From assembly GCA_963729605.1 (NCBI GenBank), contig CAVSNY010000003.1, forward strand, positions 1 through 64,000: 64,000 nucleotides of DNA, given 5' to 3'. This stretch comes from an uncultured Gammaproteobacteria bacterium. GTDB taxonomy: Bacteria; Pseudomonadota; Gammaproteobacteria; DRLM01. The position numbers were made by a program, and so were the translations under genes. Shown piece after piece: positions 59,931-64,000 of this stretch (its first letter is position 1; the number at the start of each line of letters is the position of its first letter). Under the pieces are notes generated by a model, which was given only the letters and a program-made list of their open reading frames with translations, did not search any database and was not told the DNA's origin.

Positions 59931-61055
59931 ATGCCCGACGACCATACGAAAAAACAGCCCGCTTCTTCTTCCACCGTGTCCAGCGCAAAACCGGCCGATC
60001 ACCCGGCGTTGGATTTGGCGGCCGCCTTGTTGCGCGCCTTCGGCCGTCATGCGATCGCCACCGAAAACATGACCGCCGGCCAACTCGACGAGTTATGCGA
60101 GCAATGGGCCCGCCATATCCTGATCGGCGCGCCGTCGCCGGGCGGCAATGGCACGAAGGCCGCGGCGCTTACCATCGACCAGCGTGACTGGGAGGGCGCA
60201 CGGCGTTTTTTCACCGACGTGCGGCGCGGTGAACAAGGTTTCGTCAACACCCGTATCGGCGATTTCCGCGATATGTTGTGGGTGTTCATCCACGGTTTGC
60301 GCGCGACCTTCGTCGATGATCAAGCCGCCGACAAGGCCGTGAACTCGCAACTCGATCACCTCAAACAGGCCTTGGAGACCAACTCCATCGACGCCTTGCG
60401 GCGGGAGGTGGTCGGCAGCTTGGTGCTGATCGGCCGCACCCTCGAGGAACGGCGCAAGCGCCAGAGCGCCCAGATGGAACAACTCGGCGAACAGCTCAAG
60501 TCGCTGCGCGGCGAATTGGTGTCCGCGCAACAAGCCATGGCCCTCGACCCGATGACCCGCCTCTATAACCGCAGCTCGTTCGACGAAATGTTGTCCAAGA
60601 CCGTGGAGATCAGTCTGCTGTCCGGCCAGGCGGCCGTGCTCCTCATGGCCGACGTCGACGATTTCAAAGGTATCAACGATAGTCATGGCCATCAGGCCGG
60701 TGACGCGGTGATCGGGGAAATGGCGCGGGTGTTGCTGCGGACCTTCCCTCGCAAGACCGACTTCGTCGCGCGTTATGCCGGCGATGAGTTTATCGTTATT
60801 CTCCAGGACACCTCCGCCGCCGAAGGCAAAATGCTGGCCGACCGTTTATTGAAGACGGTGCGCGCCGTGCGTATCACGTTGCCCTCTGCGGAGGAATTGA
60901 CCTTCACGATCTCGGCGGGAGTGGCCGCTATCAAACGGGATGACGCTCCGGAAGATTGGCTGCGGCGCGTCGATGAGGCGCTTTATACCGCCAAACAAGC
61001 CGGACGAAATCGCGCTCACTTGCGCGATGAAGCGGATGTTATTCCGCCGCCATGA
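59931..61055 (+). CDS. Diguanylate cyclase (GGDEF domain, AGDEF variant)
   Basis: Helical N-terminus, DPMTRLYNR, DVDDFKGINDSHGHQAGD, RKTD I-site, ARYAGDEF. Confidence 0.92.
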   Translation: MPDDHTKKQPASSSTVSSAKPADHPALDLAAALLRAFGRHAIATENMTAGQLDELCEQWARHILIGAPSPGGNGTKAAALTIDQRDWEGARRFFTDVRRGEQGFVNTRIGDFRDMLWVFIHGLRATFVDDQAADKAVNSQLDHLKQALETNSIDALRREVVGSLVLIGRTLEERRKRQSAQMEQLGEQLKSLRGELVSAQQAMALDPMTRLYNRSSFDEMLSKTVEISLLSGQAAVLLMADVDDFKGINDSHGHQAGDAVIGEMARVLLRTFPRKTDFVARYAGDEFIVILQDTSAAEGKMLADRLLKTVRAVRITLPSAEELTFTISAGVAAIKRDDAPEDWLRRVDEALYTAKQAGRNRAHLRDEADVIPPP

Positions 61056-61143
61056 AAAATTTTCGGGCGGCCACCGGCGAGGGCGCCTTAAAAGGTCGAT
61101 ATTTTGTATAATCGCCTGCTTGCCTAGGCAATGGTCGTTTTTA

Positions 61144-61228
<85 letters not shown>

Positions 61229-61322
61229 GTTGCCGTGACGATGGTTAATGAGTTGATGCCGGCTCAGCGGAGTCTTTCGCAACTAGCTGAATTTACTAAT
61301 TTAGAGATGAGGGTTGAGGATC

Positions 61323-62582
61323 ATGCAGGTTCAGGTGCAAGCCAATGGGTTGGAGCGTCGGGTTACCGTGGCGCTGCCGGTGGAGCAGGTTAATAAAGAA
61401 ATCGAAAACCGTCTTAAGTCGTTGAGTCGCCGCGCTAAGCTGGATGGTTTCCGCGCCGGCAAGGTCCCCTTCAAGGTGGCTGAGCGCAAATGGGGCCTCT
61501 CGGTGCGTCAGGAAGTCCACAATGACCTGATCAAATCCAGCTTTAGCCAGGCCTTGAGCCAGGAAAAGCTCCGTCCGGCCGGCACGCCTCAGTTTGAATT
61601 GAGCAGCCAGATCCCAGGCGCCGGTTTGGAATATACCGCTACCTTCGAGGTGTATCCCGAGTTCGAGGTCAAGATACCGGACAATCTGCAGGTGACCAAG
61701 CCGGTTGCCGCCATCGCCGAAACCGACATCGACGCCATGGTGGAAAAGCTGCGTAAGCAGCGCGCGACCTGGGAGCCCGTGGAGCGGGCGGCCGAGCAGG
61801 GAGATCGGGTAGTCATCGATTTCGAAGGCCGGGTCGAGGGCAAGGAGTTTGAGGGCAACAAGGCCAGCGCCTTCCCGGTGGTGTTGGGTTCGGGCAGTTT
61901 GATCGCCGGTTTCGAAGCCAGCCTGGTGGGCGCCAAGGCGGGTGATCAAGTGGGGTTCGATGTTCAATTTCCCGCGGAGTACCGGGTCGCCGAACTGGCG
62001 GGCAAACCCGCCCATTTCGACACCAAGGTATTGTCCGTGAGCGCGGCCAAACTCCCGGAAGTAAACGAGGATTTCATCAAGAGTTTCGGCGTGCCGGATG
62101 GTGGGATCGACGCCTTTCGCGCCGAGGTCAAACGGACCATGGAACGCGAACTCGACCAGGCCATCAAGGAGCGAGTCAAGGGGCAGGTGTTGGACGCCTT
62201 GCTGGCGGCGAATACCATTGATTTGCCGAAGGCCTTGATTGATGAAGAAATCGCCCGCATGAAGGAACAAGCCGGCAATCAATCGGGCGACGCTATGAAG
62301 GCATTCGCCCGCCGCCGGGTGGCCCTGGGTTTGATCATCGCCGAGATCATCAGGAAGAATCAGTTCAAGGCCGACCCCGCCAAGGTGCGGGCGGTGGTGG
62401 AGTCGCAGGCGGCCACTTACGAGCGCCCCGAGGAAGTTGTACAGTGGTATTACGCGAGCCGGGAACGTTTGAGCAACGTAGAGGCCTTGTTGTTGGAGGA
62501 TCAAGCCGTGGAGTGGATGATCCAACAAGGCCAGGTGAATGAACAGCCGACGCCGTTCGCGGAGCTCGTGGGCAAGCAGTAG
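61323..62582 (+). CDS. tig: Trigger factor
   Basis: GFRAGKVP ribosome-binding motif, FKBP domain, position before clpP. Confidence 0.97.
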   Translation: MQVQVQANGLERRVTVALPVEQVNKEIENRLKSLSRRAKLDGFRAGKVPFKVAERKWGLSVRQEVHNDLIKSSFSQALSQEKLRPAGTPQFELSSQIPGAGLEYTATFEVYPEFEVKIPDNLQVTKPVAAIAETDIDAMVEKLRKQRATWEPVERAAEQGDRVVIDFEGRVEGKEFEGNKASAFPVVLGSGSLIAGFEASLVGAKAGDQVGFDVQFPAEYRVAELAGKPAHFDTKVLSVSAAKLPEVNEDFIKSFGVPDGGIDAFRAEVKRTMERELDQAIKERVKGQVLDALLAANTIDLPKALIDEEIARMKEQAGNQSGDAMKAFARRRVALGLIIAEIIRKNQFKADPAKVRAVVESQAATYERPEEVVQWYYASRERLSNVEALLLEDQAVEWMIQQGQVNEQPTPFAELVGKQ

Positions 62583-62727
62583 GTGATGAACAGGGATCGC
62601 TCCCATTCAAGACGATATATTTGATCTAAAGATTATTTATTAAGTGATTGAAACTATAATCATGATGCTTGGCGAAGATGCGGAGCGAAATCACCTTTTG
62701 GATTATTAAACAGGGAAACCAGCCGAT

Positions 62728-63360
62728 ATGATGTACAACGGTGAAAAAATGCCCACCAGAGCGCTGAATCTGGTGCCCATGGTGGTGGAGCAGTCCGCCC
62801 GTGGCGAGCGGGCCTATGATATTTACTCGCGTTTGCTCAAAGAGCGGGTGATATTTCTGGTGGGGCCAGTGGAAGATTACATGGCCAATCTGGTGGTGGC
62901 CCAGTTGTTGTTTCTGGAGTCGGAGAATCCGGACAAGGACATCCACCTTTATATCAATTCACCGGGAGGTTCGGTGACGGCAGGTATGGCGATCTACGAC
63001 ACCATGCAATTCATCAAGCCCGACGTCAGCACCCTCTGTGTCGGCCAGGCGGCCAGCATGGGTGCGCTGTTGTTGGCCGGCGGTACCGTGGGCAAGCGTT
63101 ATTGTCTGCCCCATTCGCGGATAATGATCCACCAGCCTTTGGGTGGATTCCAAGGCCAAGCCTCGGACATCGACATCCATGCCCGCGAGATATTATTGAT
63201 TCGCGAACGTTTGAACCATATTTTAGCCAAGCATACTGGCCAGCCGCTCGAGAAGATCCGTTTGGATACCGACCGAGACAATTTCATGGGTTCTAAAGAG
63301 GCCAGCGATTATGGAATCATCGATGCCGTATTGGAATCCCGCAAGGAGTTGAAGGAATAG
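62728..63360 (+). CDS. clpP: ATP-dependent Clp protease proteolytic subunit
   Basis: [25 protein letters not shown]. Confidence 0.98.
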   Translation: MMYNGEKMPTRALNLVPMVVEQSARGERAYDIYSRLLKERVIFLVGPVEDYMANLVVAQLLFLESENPDKDIHLYINSPGGSVTAGMAIYDTMQFIKPDVSTLCVGQAASMGALLLAGGTVGKRYCLPHSRIMIHQPLGGFQGQASDIDIHAREILLIRERLNHILAKHTGQPLEKIRLDTDRDNFMGSKEASDYGIIDAVLESRKELKE

Positions 63361-63503
63361 CTGTCCGAAACCCGCCCGCTTCCACGCCATAGTGAAGTCT
63401 GACGGTGCGGGGCCGATGAAAGAAATGGGAAAAAACTTGCAGGCTGGAACTGAAAGCTGCATTCTGAGGGCAAAGGAACCGGTAGTACGTACGAGGTTAG
63501 TTT

Positions 63504-64000
63504 ATGAGCGACAGCAAACACGGTTCAGGCGAAGACGGTAAAAAATTGCTCTATTGTTCCTTCTGCGGCAAAAGCCAGCACGAAGTAAGAAAGCTTATTG
63601 CCGGCCCCTCGGTGTTTGTGTGTGATGAGTGCGTCGAGCTCTGCAACGACATCATCCGCGAGGAGATGCAGGACAAGACCGTGGCCGGCAAGGGCAGCAA
63701 GCTGCCGACGCCGCGCGAGATCAACGCGATCCTGGACGAATACGTCATTGGTCAGGCCAAGGCCAAGAAGATCCTCTCCGTCGCGGTTTACAACCACTAC
63801 AAGCGGCTCGAGTGCGATCCGGCCAAGGACGAGATCGAAGTCTCCAAGAGCAATATCCTGCTGATCGGCCCCACCGGCAGCGGTAAAACCCTGCTGGCGG
63901 AAACCTTGGCCCGTTTGCTCAACGTGCCTTTTACCATCGCCGATGCCACGACCCTCACCGAGGCCGGTTACGTCGGCGAGGACGTGGAGAACATCATCCA
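63504..64000 (+). CDS. clpX: Clp protease ATP-binding subunit ClpX, partial (runs off right edge)
   Basis: Manual translation: [21 protein letters not shown]...CDECVELC zinc domain, [19 protein letters not shown]. Confidence 0.97.
   Translation, partial: MSDSKHGSGEDGKKLLYCSFCGKSQHEVRKLIAGPSVFVCDECVELCNDIIREEMQDKTVAGKGSKLPTPREINAILDEYVIGQAKAKKILSVAVYNHYKRLECDPAKDEIEVSKSNILLIGPTGSGKTLLAETLARLLNVPFTIADATTLTEAGYVGEDVENII

Overview
A 64 kb stretch of a GC-rich Gammaproteobacterial chromosome (lineage inferred from the prmB/aroC/tamAB and tRNA-tig-clpP-clpX order), with accessory patches. Left end: the N-terminal at least 2,833 aa of a giant two-partner-secretion (filamentous haemagglutinin-type) exoprotein that runs off the window and has a strong CRP-family site upstream. 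It is followed by a divergent PAS-PAS-GAF-EAL gene whose GGDEF domain is missing at a frameshifted junction, and a TolC-MFP-RND efflux operon. Middle: small secreted or membrane proteins, msrA, a stand-alone TM-HAMP gene overlapping a type IV pilin, a PEP-CTERM gene with a sigma54 promoter and PEP-CTERM box, a SagB-family nitroreductase, an RluA-family synthase, rimO, DUF4124 proteins, trxC, ppnP, gluQ, an orphan REC plus REC-HD-GYP pair and tamAB. Right: prmB, then about 10 kb of hemN, cytochrome c, an Xre-RES toxin-antitoxin pair, a dienelactone hydrolase remnant, an ABC exporter, MEKHLA, gstA, a sorbosone-DH-like protein and nemA, then aroC, an MFS transporter, five tRNAs interrupted by an AGDEF diguanylate cyclase, tig, clpP and partial clpX. 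I see no CRISPR array, prophage, integrase or intact transposase, and I cannot demonstrate a complete new system. The best candidates are the HAMP-pilin couple, the sigma54-driven small membrane protein with a structured leader, the PHO-box-driven 62-aa protein and the three-fold His-repeat secreted protein. Local homopolymer insertions in the RND gene suggest some sequencing error, so frameshift calls need a check against reads. All family assignments come from motif recognition by eye, not database searches.
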